Assembly: GCF_001598795.1 (NCBI RefSeq) | Contig: NZ_BCZP01000014.1 | Span: 1 to 32,000, forward strand | From: Delftia acidovorans NBRC 14950 | GTDB lineage: Bacteria > Pseudomonadota > Gammaproteobacteria > Burkholderiales > Burkholderiaceae_C | DNA length: 32,000 nucleotides | Direction: 5' to 3' | Shown: piece by piece, positions 7,987 through 15,864 of the stretch | Position numbering within the stretch: position 1 is the first letter of the stretch | Layout: each line of letters opens with the position of its first letter | Notes under the pieces: model-generated | What the model saw: the letters and a program-made list of their open reading frames with translations, nothing else | Told to the model about the DNA's origin: nothing | Database searches by the model: none | Program-made: the position numbers and the translations under genes

Positions 7987-10461
7987 ATGAGAGCGCAAGA
8001 AGCAGCAGGCAGGGAATTCGCAGGCAGGGGCACGCATGCCCGACACAGGAACATAAAGGAGCAGGGCGCCGGCCCGCAGGCCAGGCCGCGCCTGCTGGCG
8101 TGGCTGGTGGCCGGTGCCGTGGCCGGCATGGGGGCCGCGCCGTCCGCCCGTGCGCAACAGCTTCAGCAGCCGGCCGCCTCTTCACCGATGCCGTCATCCG
8201 GACAGCGCCTGGCCTTTGACCAGCCGGCGCAGCCGCTGATCAACGCGCTGCGCGCCTTTGGCCGCCAGACCCAGTTCCAGGTGCTGTACGACGAAGCCGT
8301 GCTGGGCGGCCGCCAGGCGCCGGCCCTCCAAGGCAGCTTCACGCCGCAGGAGGCCATGGACCGGCTGTTGGCTGGCACCGGTGTGACCGCGCACAGCACC
8401 GAGCAGGGCACGTTCACGCTGCGCAAGGCGCCTGCGCCGCAGCCTCAGCCGTCGGCGGGCACCACGCTGTCCACGGTCAACGTGACATCGCAGCGCATGG
8501 CCGCGCCGGGCAGCTACGTGGGCAGCGGCAGGAGCGCCAGCACCAAGCTGGACACGCCGCTGATCGAGACGCCGCGCTCCATCTCCATCGTCACCCAGGA
8601 GCAGCTGCAGAACCAGGCGCCCAAGAGCATCGAGCAGGCCCTGTCGTACACGGCCGGCGTGTCCACCGAAGTCACGGGCGCGGACCTGCGCATGACGGGC
8701 GCCATCATCCGGGGTTTCAGCGATGGCAGCTCCTACTACAAGGACGGCCTGCGGCAGTTTTCGGCCGGCACCTATGGTTCGTGGAACGACGAGATCGACG
8801 AGCTGGACAGCATCGAGGTCATCAAGGGCCCGGCCTCCGTGCTCTTTGGCCAAGGGCGGCCGGGCGGCGTGATCAACGTGGTCTCCAAGAAACCCGAGGC
8901 CGACCATGTGAACAGCGTGGGCCTGTCCTATGGCCGCTACCAGCGCGCCCAGGCCACGGCCGATCTGGGCGGCGCGCTGGATGCTTCGGGCGACTTGCTG
9001 TACCGGCTCAACCTCAAGGCGCGTGACAGCGACGGACGCACCGTGGGCTCGCGCGATGACCGCATCTCCATTGCGCCCTCGCTGCGCTGGAACCTCTCCG
9101 GCCGCACCCACCTGACCGTGCTGGGCAGCTACTCGCGCGAGCGCGGCACGCCCAAGTCCTGGTGGCCCAGCCTGTTCACCTACCCGCAGATCAAGGACCT
9201 GCCCGCGCACCTGACGGCCGGCGACCCGTCCTTCGACCGCTTCGACCGCGACACGCGATCGCTGGGCTACGAGTTCTCGCACCAGACCGACAGCGGCTGG
9301 CAGCTCACGCAGAACCTGCGCTACTCCACCATCGACATCGACTACCGCCACATCTACGCCATGGACGTGCTGGCCGACGGCCGAAGCGTCTCGCGCGCCA
9401 GCCTGGCCCAGCGCACCAAGGGCCGCACGCTGGCGCTGGACACCCGCCTGCAGAAGGACCTGCGCTGGGGCGGGCTGCAGCACCGGATGGCCTTCGGCAT
9501 GGACCATGTGAAGTACAGGGAGCGCGGCGGCCTGGGCTTTGGCTGGGATGTGCCCGACCTGGACATGCTCGACCCCGCCTATGGCCAGTCCATCGCCTAT
9601 CCAGAGCTGGAGGACAGCCGCACGGACCTGCGCCAGACCGGCATCTACACGCTCAACCAGTTCAAGTGGGACCGCTGGGTGGCCAATCTCAGCCTGCGCC
9701 ATGACCAGGCGCGCACCACGCAGAACAGCAGCACCCAGCCGCGCATGAGCGACAGCGCCACCACCGGCAGCGCTGGCCTGCTCTACCTGTTCGACAGCGG
9801 CTGGGCGCCCTATGCGAGCTACGCGACCTCCTTCGATCCGGTCACGGGCCTGCAGTACGACGGCAATCCGTTCGAGCCCCGGCGCGGCAAGCAGTACGAG
9901 GCGGGCGTGAAGTACCAGCCTCCGGGAAGCACCTCGCTGATCACGGCCTCGGTCTTCGACCTGCGCCAGACCAACGTCACCACGCTGGACCCTGACCACC
10001 CGCGCTTCAGCATCCAGACGGGCGAGGTGCGCTCCACGGGGCTGGAGCTGGAAGGCCGCTTCGCGCTCACGCGCGAGCTGAACGCGCTGGCCAGCTACAC
10101 CTACCTGGACCCGCGCACCACGCAGAGCAACCGGCCCGCCGAAATCGGCCGCCAGACCATACAGACCACACGCCACATGGCCAGCCTGTGGCTGGACTAC
10201 CGACCGCGCGCGGTGCCGGGCCTGATGGTGGCCGGCGGCCTGCGCTACAAGGGTCGCTCTCCCTACAACGTGGCAGCGGACGGCACGCTGAACATCAACG
10301 ACTCCGCCACGCTGGCCGACCTGGCGCTGGCCTACGAGACGCCGCAGTACCGCATCGCGCTGAACATCAACAACCTGTTCAACCGCAAGTACTTCGCAGG
10401 CATCTTCCGCGGCGTGGATCGCGAGGCCACGCTGAGCTTCAAGTACTACTGGTCTATGTAG
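7987..10461 (+). CDS. TonB-dependent siderophore receptor/transducer with N-terminal signalling (STN) domain
   Basis: STN domain (LAFDQPAQPLINALRAFGRQTQFQVLYDEAVLGG...TGVTAHSTEQGTFTL), plug (RSISIVTQEQL...IEVIKGPASVLFGQGRPGGVINVVSK) and a 22-strand-type barrel. Start set at ATG 7987 with GGAG 5 nt upstream. This leaves an unusually long n-region before the signal peptide (RPRLLAWLVAGAVAGMGAAPSARA), so the start is uncertain. Confidence 0.88.
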   Translation: MRAQEAAGREFAGRGTHARHRNIKEQGAGPQARPRLLAWLVAGAVAGMGAAPSARAQQLQQPAASSPMPSSGQRLAFDQPAQPLINALRAFGRQTQFQVLYDEAVLGGRQAPALQGSFTPQEAMDRLLAGTGVTAHSTEQGTFTLRKAPAPQPQPSAGTTLSTVNVTSQRMAAPGSYVGSGRSASTKLDTPLIETPRSISIVTQEQLQNQAPKSIEQALSYTAGVSTEVTGADLRMTGAIIRGFSDGSSYYKDGLRQFSAGTYGSWNDEIDELDSIEVIKGPASVLFGQGRPGGVINVVSKKPEADHVNSVGLSYGRYQRAQATADLGGALDASGDLLYRLNLKARDSDGRTVGSRDDRISIAPSLRWNLSGRTHLTVLGSYSRERGTPKSWWPSLFTYPQIKDLPAHLTAGDPSFDRFDRDTRSLGYEFSHQTDSGWQLTQNLRYSTIDIDYRHIYAMDVLADGRSVSRASLAQRTKGRTLALDTRLQKDLRWGGLQHRMAFGMDHVKYRERGGLGFGWDVPDLDMLDPAYGQSIAYPELEDSRTDLRQTGIYTLNQFKWDRWVANLSLRHDQARTTQNSSTQPRMSDSATTGSAGLLYLFDSGWAPYASYATSFDPVTGLQYDGNPFEPRRGKQYEAGVKYQPPGSTSLITASVFDLRQTNVTTLDPDHPRFSIQTGEVRSTGLELEGRFALTRELNALASYTYLDPRTTQSNRPAEIGRQTIQTTRHMASLWLDYRPRAVPGLMVAGGLRYKGRSPYNVAADGTLNINDSATLADLALAYETPQYRIALNINNLFNRKYFAGIFRGVDREATLSFKYYWSM

Positions 10462-11401
10462 AAGACCTGCGCGCGGGTGGCTTGCGCGCGGCGCGAGCCG
10501 GCCCGCGCGGCTCGGCCGTCCTGATCAACTGGTGGTTGAACTCCTTCCACAGCGCGTCGCGCCGGGCCAGGGCCTCGGACACATCCTTGTGGCGCAGCTG
10601 GGCCACGGCCGAGACCAGGGCGTTGCACAGGTAGAAGGCCGCCGTGTAGGAGTGAAAGGGCGAGGCATTGGCCGTGCGCACCTGCAGCCAGTGGTGGGCC
10701 ACGGTGGCCAGCGGCGCGGCGGGGCTGTCGGTGATGGCCAGCACCTGGGCGCCGGCGTCGGCAAAGCGCTGCGCTATCTCGAAGGTGCCGCGCGAATACT
10801 GGCTGACGCTGAAGGCCAGCAGCGTGTCCGAGGGGCCGATCCACAGCAGCTGGTCGGCCGGCGCGATGGCTCCGGCATCCAGCTCCTGCACGCCGGGGCG
10901 GCACATGTTCAGGTGCAGGGCCAGCCAGGCGGATACCGGCGAGCTGTTGAGCTGGGCCAGCACGAACACGCGGCCCTCGCCCTGGGCCAGCTTGCGGGCC
11001 ATGGCCTCGAAGGCCGCCATGTCCAGCCCCTCGCGCGTGGCCTGGATGTTGTGCTGGTCGTGCAGCAGCGCATCGTCCACGCACTCGCTCAGGCTGCGCT
11101 GCGCGCCCAGCAGCACGGGCGCGCGCTGGGCGGCCGTCTGCAGCAGCGCCGTCACCTCGCCGCGCGCCTCGCGCTGGGCCTCGGCATAACTGGCATAGCC
11201 GAGCTTGGCGAACAGGCGCACCACGGTCGAGGCGCTGGTGCCCGTGTGCGCGGCCAGCGCCGTGGCCGACTCCAGCAGCGCATGCGGGTAGTTGCTGCCC
11301 AGGGTCTGGGCCAGCGTCAGCTCGCTGGCCGTCAGCTCCGCGCCCTGCTGCGCCAGGCGCTGCGGCAGCAGCAGTGTGGCTTTTTGCAATGGTGATTTCA
11401 T
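10454..11401 (-). CDS. MurR/RpiR-family transcriptional regulator (HTH + SIS domain)
   Basis: 315 aa. N-terminal HTH_6-type segment (TASELTLAQTLGSNYPHALLESATALAAHTGTSASTVVRLFAKLGYASYAE) and a SIS domain (RVFVLAQLNSSPVSAWLALHL...DTLLAFSVSQYSRGTFEIAQRFADAGAQVLAITDS). The 3' end overlaps the convergent receptor gene by 8 bp. Confidence 0.85.
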   Translation of the reverse strand: MKSPLQKATLLLPQRLAQQGAELTASELTLAQTLGSNYPHALLESATALAAHTGTSASTVVRLFAKLGYASYAEAQREARGEVTALLQTAAQRAPVLLGAQRSLSECVDDALLHDQHNIQATREGLDMAAFEAMARKLAQGEGRVFVLAQLNSSPVSAWLALHLNMCRPGVQELDAGAIAPADQLLWIGPSDTLLAFSVSQYSRGTFEIAQRFADAGAQVLAITDSPAAPLATVAHHWLQVRTANASPFHSYTAAFYLCNALVSAVAQLRHKDVSEALARRDALWKEFNHQLIRTAEPRGPARAARKPPARRSST

Positions 11402-11415
11402 ATTTTTCTTGTATA

Positions 11416-11431
11416 TGCAACGTGTGTTGCA
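11416..11431. promoter_or_regulatory. Candidate RpiR operator: perfect inverted repeat TGCAAC-GTGT-GTTGCA
   Basis: Lies in the 77-bp divergent spacer between the RpiR gene (start 11401) and the M20 gene (start 11479). A third TGCAAC half-site is at 11447-11452 and a TGCATGCA palindrome at 11455-11462. Confidence 0.5.
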
Positions 11432-11478
11432 AAATAGGGGGTCGCGTGCAACACTGCATGCACTCTGGAGATTCCACC

Positions 11479-12663
11479 ATGCACGATACCCTCGAACAAA
11501 GCCGCGTGCAGCAGCGCGCGAGACTGCTGGACTGGCTGGGCGGCCAGCAGCAGGCCATGCAAGACCTGTTGCACAGGATTGTCGATATCGACAGCGGCAG
11601 CCGCGATGAAGCCGGCATCCTGGCCGTGGCCCAGGCGCTGCGCGAGCGGCTGGAGGCGGCCGGCGTGGCCGTGCGTTTCGAGGACGTGCCAGGCTACGGC
11701 GTGCTGCTGCATGCCGATGTCGTCGGTCCCGACGGGGACGGCCCGGCCGAAGGCGCGCCCATCTATCTGATGGGCCATATGGACACCGTCTTCCCGGCGG
11801 GCACCGTGGCGCGCCGCCCCTTCCGCGTGGAAGAGGGCAGGGCCTACGGTCCCGGCGTGGCCGACATGAAGTCGGGCCTGGTGCTCAACGTCTTCGTGGC
11901 CGAGGCCTTTGCGCGCTGTGGCGGCCTGAAGGCGCCGCTCAAGCTGTTCTTCTCGTGCGATGAGGAAATCGGCTCGCCCGCCACGCGCCAGACCATCATG
12001 GACACGGTGCGCGGCGCGCGCGCCGTCTTCAATGCCGAGCCCGGCCGCGTCAGCGGCAACCTGGTGACCAGCCGCAAGGGATCGATGGCCGTGGAGTTCG
12101 AGGTGCAGGGCGTGGCCGCCCATGCGGGCATCAACCACGCGGCCGGCGCCAGCGCGCTGGAGGCCATGGCGCGCAAGCTGCTGGCCCTGCATGCGCTGAC
12201 CGATCCTGCCACGGGCACGACCACCAATGTGGGCGTGCTGCAGGGCGGCATCGTGCCGAACATGGTGGCGCCCCACGCCAAGGCCGAGCTCGATGTGCGC
12301 TACACGGCCCAGACCGATCCCGATGCGCTGATGGAGCGCATCCGCGCCATCGTGGAGGAAGAATCCGTGCCCCGCACCCAGGGCCGCGTCACCGCCGTGC
12401 GCCGCACCCTGCCCATGGCGCCCACGCCTGACGCGCTGCTGCAGCTGTACCGGCGCGGCGCGCAGTCGCTGGGCTTCGACGTGCAGGGCGAGTTCACGGG
12501 CGGTGCGGCCGACAGCGGCCTGACCGCGTCGGTGGGCGTGCCCACGCTGTGCGCCACCGGCCCCGTGGGCGGCCATCCCCATACCGAGCGCGAGTACTGC
12601 GAGCTGGCCACCTTCGTGCCGCGTGCGCAGGCCGTGGCCCTCGCCATCTTTGATCACCCCTGA
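11479..12663 (+). CDS. M20-family metallopeptidase, carboxypeptidase G2 / glutamate carboxypeptidase-like
   Basis: Start at the internal ATG 11479 with GGAG 8 nt upstream. Metal and catalytic motifs GHMDTV, GPGVADMKSG and CDEEIGS are present, plus a C-terminal GGHPHTEREY. The central dimerisation (lid) domain is present. Confidence 0.88.
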   Translation: MHDTLEQSRVQQRARLLDWLGGQQQAMQDLLHRIVDIDSGSRDEAGILAVAQALRERLEAAGVAVRFEDVPGYGVLLHADVVGPDGDGPAEGAPIYLMGHMDTVFPAGTVARRPFRVEEGRAYGPGVADMKSGLVLNVFVAEAFARCGGLKAPLKLFFSCDEEIGSPATRQTIMDTVRGARAVFNAEPGRVSGNLVTSRKGSMAVEFEVQGVAAHAGINHAAGASALEAMARKLLALHALTDPATGTTTNVGVLQGGIVPNMVAPHAKAELDVRYTAQTDPDALMERIRAIVEEESVPRTQGRVTAVRRTLPMAPTPDALLQLYRRGAQSLGFDVQGEFTGGAADSGLTASVGVPTLCATGPVGGHPHTEREYCELATFVPRAQAVALAIFDHP

Positions 12664-12677
12664 TTGCGCTGATACCC

Positions 12678-13694
12678 ATGAAAAACCTGTCCGTGAACCC
12701 CTCCCTGAACACCCGCCGCAAGCTGCTGGGCGCAGGCCTTGGCCTGGCGGGCCTGTCCGCGCTGGCGCCGCTGGCCGCACGCGCCGATGACAAGTACCCC
12801 TCGCGCCCGATCACGCTGGTCGTGCCGTTTCCGCCCGGCGGTTCGGTGGACATCATGGGCCGCCAGTACGCAGAGCCTCTGTCGCGCATCCTGGGCGTGC
12901 CCATCGTGGTGGAGAACCGGCCCGGCGCGGGCGGCTCGGTGGCCACGCAGTACGTGTCGCGCGCCAAGCCGGACGGCTACACCCTGGTCGTGTCCTCGCA
13001 GAGCAGCCACCTGGCCAATCCGCTGACCCAGCCCAAGGTGGGCTACGACCCCATCAAGGACTTCGAGAACATTGCCATCCTGGGCCGCCAGCCCAATGCG
13101 CTGATGGTGCATTCCAGCCTGCCCGTGAAGAACTTCCAGGAGTTCATCGAGTACGTGAAGAAGCGCCCCGGCCAGGTCAACTACGGCAGCGCCGGCATCG
13201 GCAGCATGGGCCAGCTCAATGTGGAAATGCTCAAGGCCGCCACGGGCATCTTTGCCACGCACATCCCCTACCGTGGCGGCTCGCCGCTGGTCACGGCCGC
13301 TATCGGCAACGAGGTGCAGTTCATCCTCGACAACCTGGTCTTCATGCTGCCCCACGTGCAGTCGGGCAAGGTGCGCGCCCTGGTCGTGGCCTCGGAGCAG
13401 CGCCTGCCCATGCTGCCCGACGTGCCCACCATGGCCGAGGTCGGCTATCCCCAGCTCAACATGAGTTCCTGGACCGGCATCGCGGCGCCTGCGGGCACGC
13501 CCGACGCCATCGTCCAGACGCTGTACAAGGCCATCCGCCAGGCGGCCACGGCGCCGGCCATGGTGGCCAGCCTCAAGGAGCGCGGCGTGGTCGCCCCCGA
13601 GGAGATGAGCCCCGCCGCCTTCGAGAAGATGATGGCCGAGCGCCTGAAGCTCTTCGGCGAGGTGGTGCGCAAGGCCCATATCGTGGCCGAGTAA
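12678..13694 (+). CDS. Bug-family (TctC-like) tripartite tricarboxylate transporter substrate-binding protein
   Basis: 338 aa. Tat-like signal TRRKLLGAGLGLAGLSALAPLAARA. Bug signatures YPSRPITLVVPFPPGGSVD, VENRPGAGGS, PDGYTL, DPIKDF, PYRGG, LPDVPT. Confidence 0.92.
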   Translation: MKNLSVNPSLNTRRKLLGAGLGLAGLSALAPLAARADDKYPSRPITLVVPFPPGGSVDIMGRQYAEPLSRILGVPIVVENRPGAGGSVATQYVSRAKPDGYTLVVSSQSSHLANPLTQPKVGYDPIKDFENIAILGRQPNALMVHSSLPVKNFQEFIEYVKKRPGQVNYGSAGIGSMGQLNVEMLKAATGIFATHIPYRGGSPLVTAAIGNEVQFILDNLVFMLPHVQSGKVRALVVASEQRLPMLPDVPTMAEVGYPQLNMSSWTGIAAPAGTPDAIVQTLYKAIRQAATAPAMVASLKERGVVAPEEMSPAAFEKMMAERLKLFGEVVRKAHIVAE

Positions 13695-13770
13695 GCAGGG
13701 CACGCCCAGGGTGCCCCCAGGGCGCCCCGGATGGCCGGGCGCAGCCGACGTATTTCCATAAGGAGGAGAC

Positions 13771-14799
13771 ATGAGCATGACCCCTATCGCCCGCCAGGCT
13801 GCCAGCCACCCTTCCCGCCGCCGCGTGCTCGGCGCGGGGCTGGGCCTGGGTGTGCTGGCGCCGCTTGCGGCGCTGGCCGCCGAAGGCAAGGCCGCCGGCT
13901 ACCCCACGCGCCAGATCAGCTTCATCGTGCCGTTTCCGGCCGGTGGCTCGGTGGACGCCATGGCGCGCCAGTATGCCGAGCCCATGGCGCGCATCCTGGG
14001 CGTGCCCATCGTGGTGGAGAACCGGCCCGGCGCGGGCGGCTCGGTGGCTGCGCTTGCCGTGGCGCGCGCCAGGCCCGATGGCTACACCCTGGTCGTGTCC
14101 TCGCAGAGCAGCCATCTGGCCAATCCGCTGACCCAGCCCAAGGTGGGCTACGACCCCATCAAGGATTTCGAGAACATCGCCATCCTGGGCCGCCTGCCCA
14201 ATGTGCTGGTCGTGCCCGCGAGCCTGCCCATCCGCAGCTTTGCGGAGTTCATCGCCTATGCCAAAAAGCATCCTGGCCAGCTCAACTACGGCAGCGGTGG
14301 CACGGGCAGCATGGGCCAGCTCAACATGGAGATGTTCAAGGCCGATGCGGGCCTGGACATCACCCATGTTCCCTACCGGGGCGGCACGCTGCTGGTCACC
14401 TCGGTGCTGGCGGGCGAGGTGCAGGTGTTCTTCGACAACCTCATCTCCATGCTGCCCCACATCCAGGCAGGCAAGGTGCGCGCCCTGGCCGTGGCCTCCG
14501 AGCAGCGCGTGGCACAAATTCCCGATGTGCCCACGCTGGCCGAGGTCGGCTACCCGCAGCTGAACATGAGCTCCTGGACCGGCCTGGCCGCGCCGGCCGG
14601 CACGCCCGCGCCCGTGGTGCAGGCCCTCTTCAAGGCCGTGCGCCAGGCCGCCACGGCGCCGGCCATGGTGGCCAGCCTGCAGGACCGTGGCGTGACGCCG
14701 CCCGAGGAAATGAGCCCTGCCGCCTTCGAGGCCATGATGTCCGAGCGCCTGAAGCGCTTTGGCGAGGTGGTGCGCAGGACGGGCATCGTGGCCGAGTGA
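13771..14799 (+). CDS. Bug-family (TctC-like) substrate-binding protein, tandem paralogue of the preceding gene
   Basis: 342 aa. Tat-like signal SRRRVLGAGLGLGVLAPLAALAA. AGGAGGAG RBS at 13761-13768. By eye about 70% amino-acid identity to 12678..13694, with near-identical nucleotide tracts. Confidence 0.92.
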   Translation: MSMTPIARQAASHPSRRRVLGAGLGLGVLAPLAALAAEGKAAGYPTRQISFIVPFPAGGSVDAMARQYAEPMARILGVPIVVENRPGAGGSVAALAVARARPDGYTLVVSSQSSHLANPLTQPKVGYDPIKDFENIAILGRLPNVLVVPASLPIRSFAEFIAYAKKHPGQLNYGSGGTGSMGQLNMEMFKADAGLDITHVPYRGGTLLVTSVLAGEVQVFFDNLISMLPHIQAGKVRALAVASEQRVAQIPDVPTLAEVGYPQLNMSSWTGLAAPAGTPAPVVQALFKAVRQAATAPAMVASLQDRGVTPPEEMSPAAFEAMMSERLKRFGEVVRRTGIVAE

Positions 14800-14823
14800 G
14801 CCTGGCCCGCCAAGGGCCTGCCC

Positions 14824-15813
14824 TCAGTCCAGCTGCACGCCCACCTCGCGCACCAGCCGCCCCCAGTCCGCCAGGTCCTGGCGCAGCGTGTCGGCGAATT
14901 GCGCGGGCGTGGTCCGGGGCAGATCGGTCAGGTTGAGCTCGCCCAGCTTTTTGGCCGTGGCCGGGTCCTGCAGCAACTGATTGATGGCGGCGTTGAGCTT
15001 GTCCACGATGGGCTGCGGCGTCCTGGCCGGCGCGAAGACGCCGTACCAGGAATAGTTGTGGAACGGGTAGCCCGCCTCGGTCAGGCTGGGCAGGTCCGGC
15101 TGGCTGGGAATGCGCTTGTCACCGCTGTGGGCGATGGCGCGCACGCGGCCCGCACGCACCAGCTCCACCGTTGACGAGGTGTCTGCAAACGCCGCCTGCA
15201 CCTGCCCGCCCAGCAGGCCCTGCACGCAGGGGCTGCTGCCCTTGTAGGGCACATGCTGCATCTGCAGGCCGGCCTGCTTGAGCAGGAATTCCATGGTCAG
15301 GTGCCCGCCCGAGCCCTGGCCCCAGGAGCAGTAGCTGAGCTGGCCTGGCCGTGCGCTTGCATAGGCCACGAACTCCTTGAGCGTGTGCACGGGCAGATCG
15401 CGCGAGACCAGCAGCAGATTGCCGGCGCGCCCTATCTGCGCAATGGGCGTGAAGTCCTTCACCGGGTCATAGGGCACCTTGCGGTAGAGGCTGGGGTTCA
15501 CGGCCATGGACGCCGTGTAGGTGAACAGCAGCCGGTAGCCGTCCGGCGCACTGCGCGCGGCCTGCTCCACGCCGACCAGGCCGTTGGCGCCGGGCCGGTT
15601 GTCCACCACGAAGGGTTGCTTGAGCAGCCGGGTCAGGCCTTCGGCAAACACCCGCGCGATGGTGTCCGTGCCGCCGGCGGCGGCCGTGGGCACGATCAGC
15701 GTGACGGGGCGGGCGGGGTAGTTGCCGGCATCCTGTGCCGGCTGGGCGTGGCCTGTGCAGGCCATGGCCAGCAGCAGTGCCAGGGCCATGCCGTGCTTCT
15801 TCATCGTCTTCAT
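14824..15813 (-). CDS. Bug-family (TctC-like) substrate-binding protein; last gene of the minus-strand operon
   Basis: 329 aa. Sec signal MKTMKKHGMALALLLAMACTGHA. Bug signatures YPARPVTLIVPTAAAGGTD, VDNRPGANG, PDGYRL, DPVKDF, PYKGS, QPDLPS. AAGGAG RBS. Confidence 0.92.
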   Translation of the reverse strand: MKTMKKHGMALALLLAMACTGHAQPAQDAGNYPARPVTLIVPTAAAGGTDTIARVFAEGLTRLLKQPFVVDNRPGANGLVGVEQAARSAPDGYRLLFTYTASMAVNPSLYRKVPYDPVKDFTPIAQIGRAGNLLLVSRDLPVHTLKEFVAYASARPGQLSYCSWGQGSGGHLTMEFLLKQAGLQMQHVPYKGSSPCVQGLLGGQVQAAFADTSSTVELVRAGRVRAIAHSGDKRIPSQPDLPSLTEAGYPFHNYSWYGVFAPARTPQPIVDKLNAAINQLLQDPATAKKLGELNLTDLPRTTPAQFADTLRQDLADWGRLVREVGVQLD

Positions 15814-15819
15814 GCACTT

Positions 15820-15849
15820 GTCTCCTTGTGTCGCCTTGAGTCGCCTTGC
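15820..15849 (-). repeat. Three tandem 10-mers upstream of the Bug gene, the proximal copy forming its RBS
   Basis: Plus strand reads GTCTCCTTGT GTCGCCTTGA GTCGCCTTGC. On the coding strand this is GCAAGGCGAC TCAAGGCGAC ACAAGGAGAC, followed by AAGTGC-ATG. Confidence 0.6.
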
Positions 15850-15864
15850 CTGTGCGCGGCCCCG

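Noticed and set aside
10451-10467. A small hairpin GGTCT-N7-AGACC enclosing both convergent stop codons: the receptor TAG at 10459-10461 and the RpiR TAG at 10454-10456, an 8-bp gene overlap.
   Set aside because: The 5-bp stem is too weak to argue for a functional element. Convergent overlaps of a few bases are common in compact GC-rich genomes. The low-complexity RpiR C-terminal tail may simply reflect a late stop.
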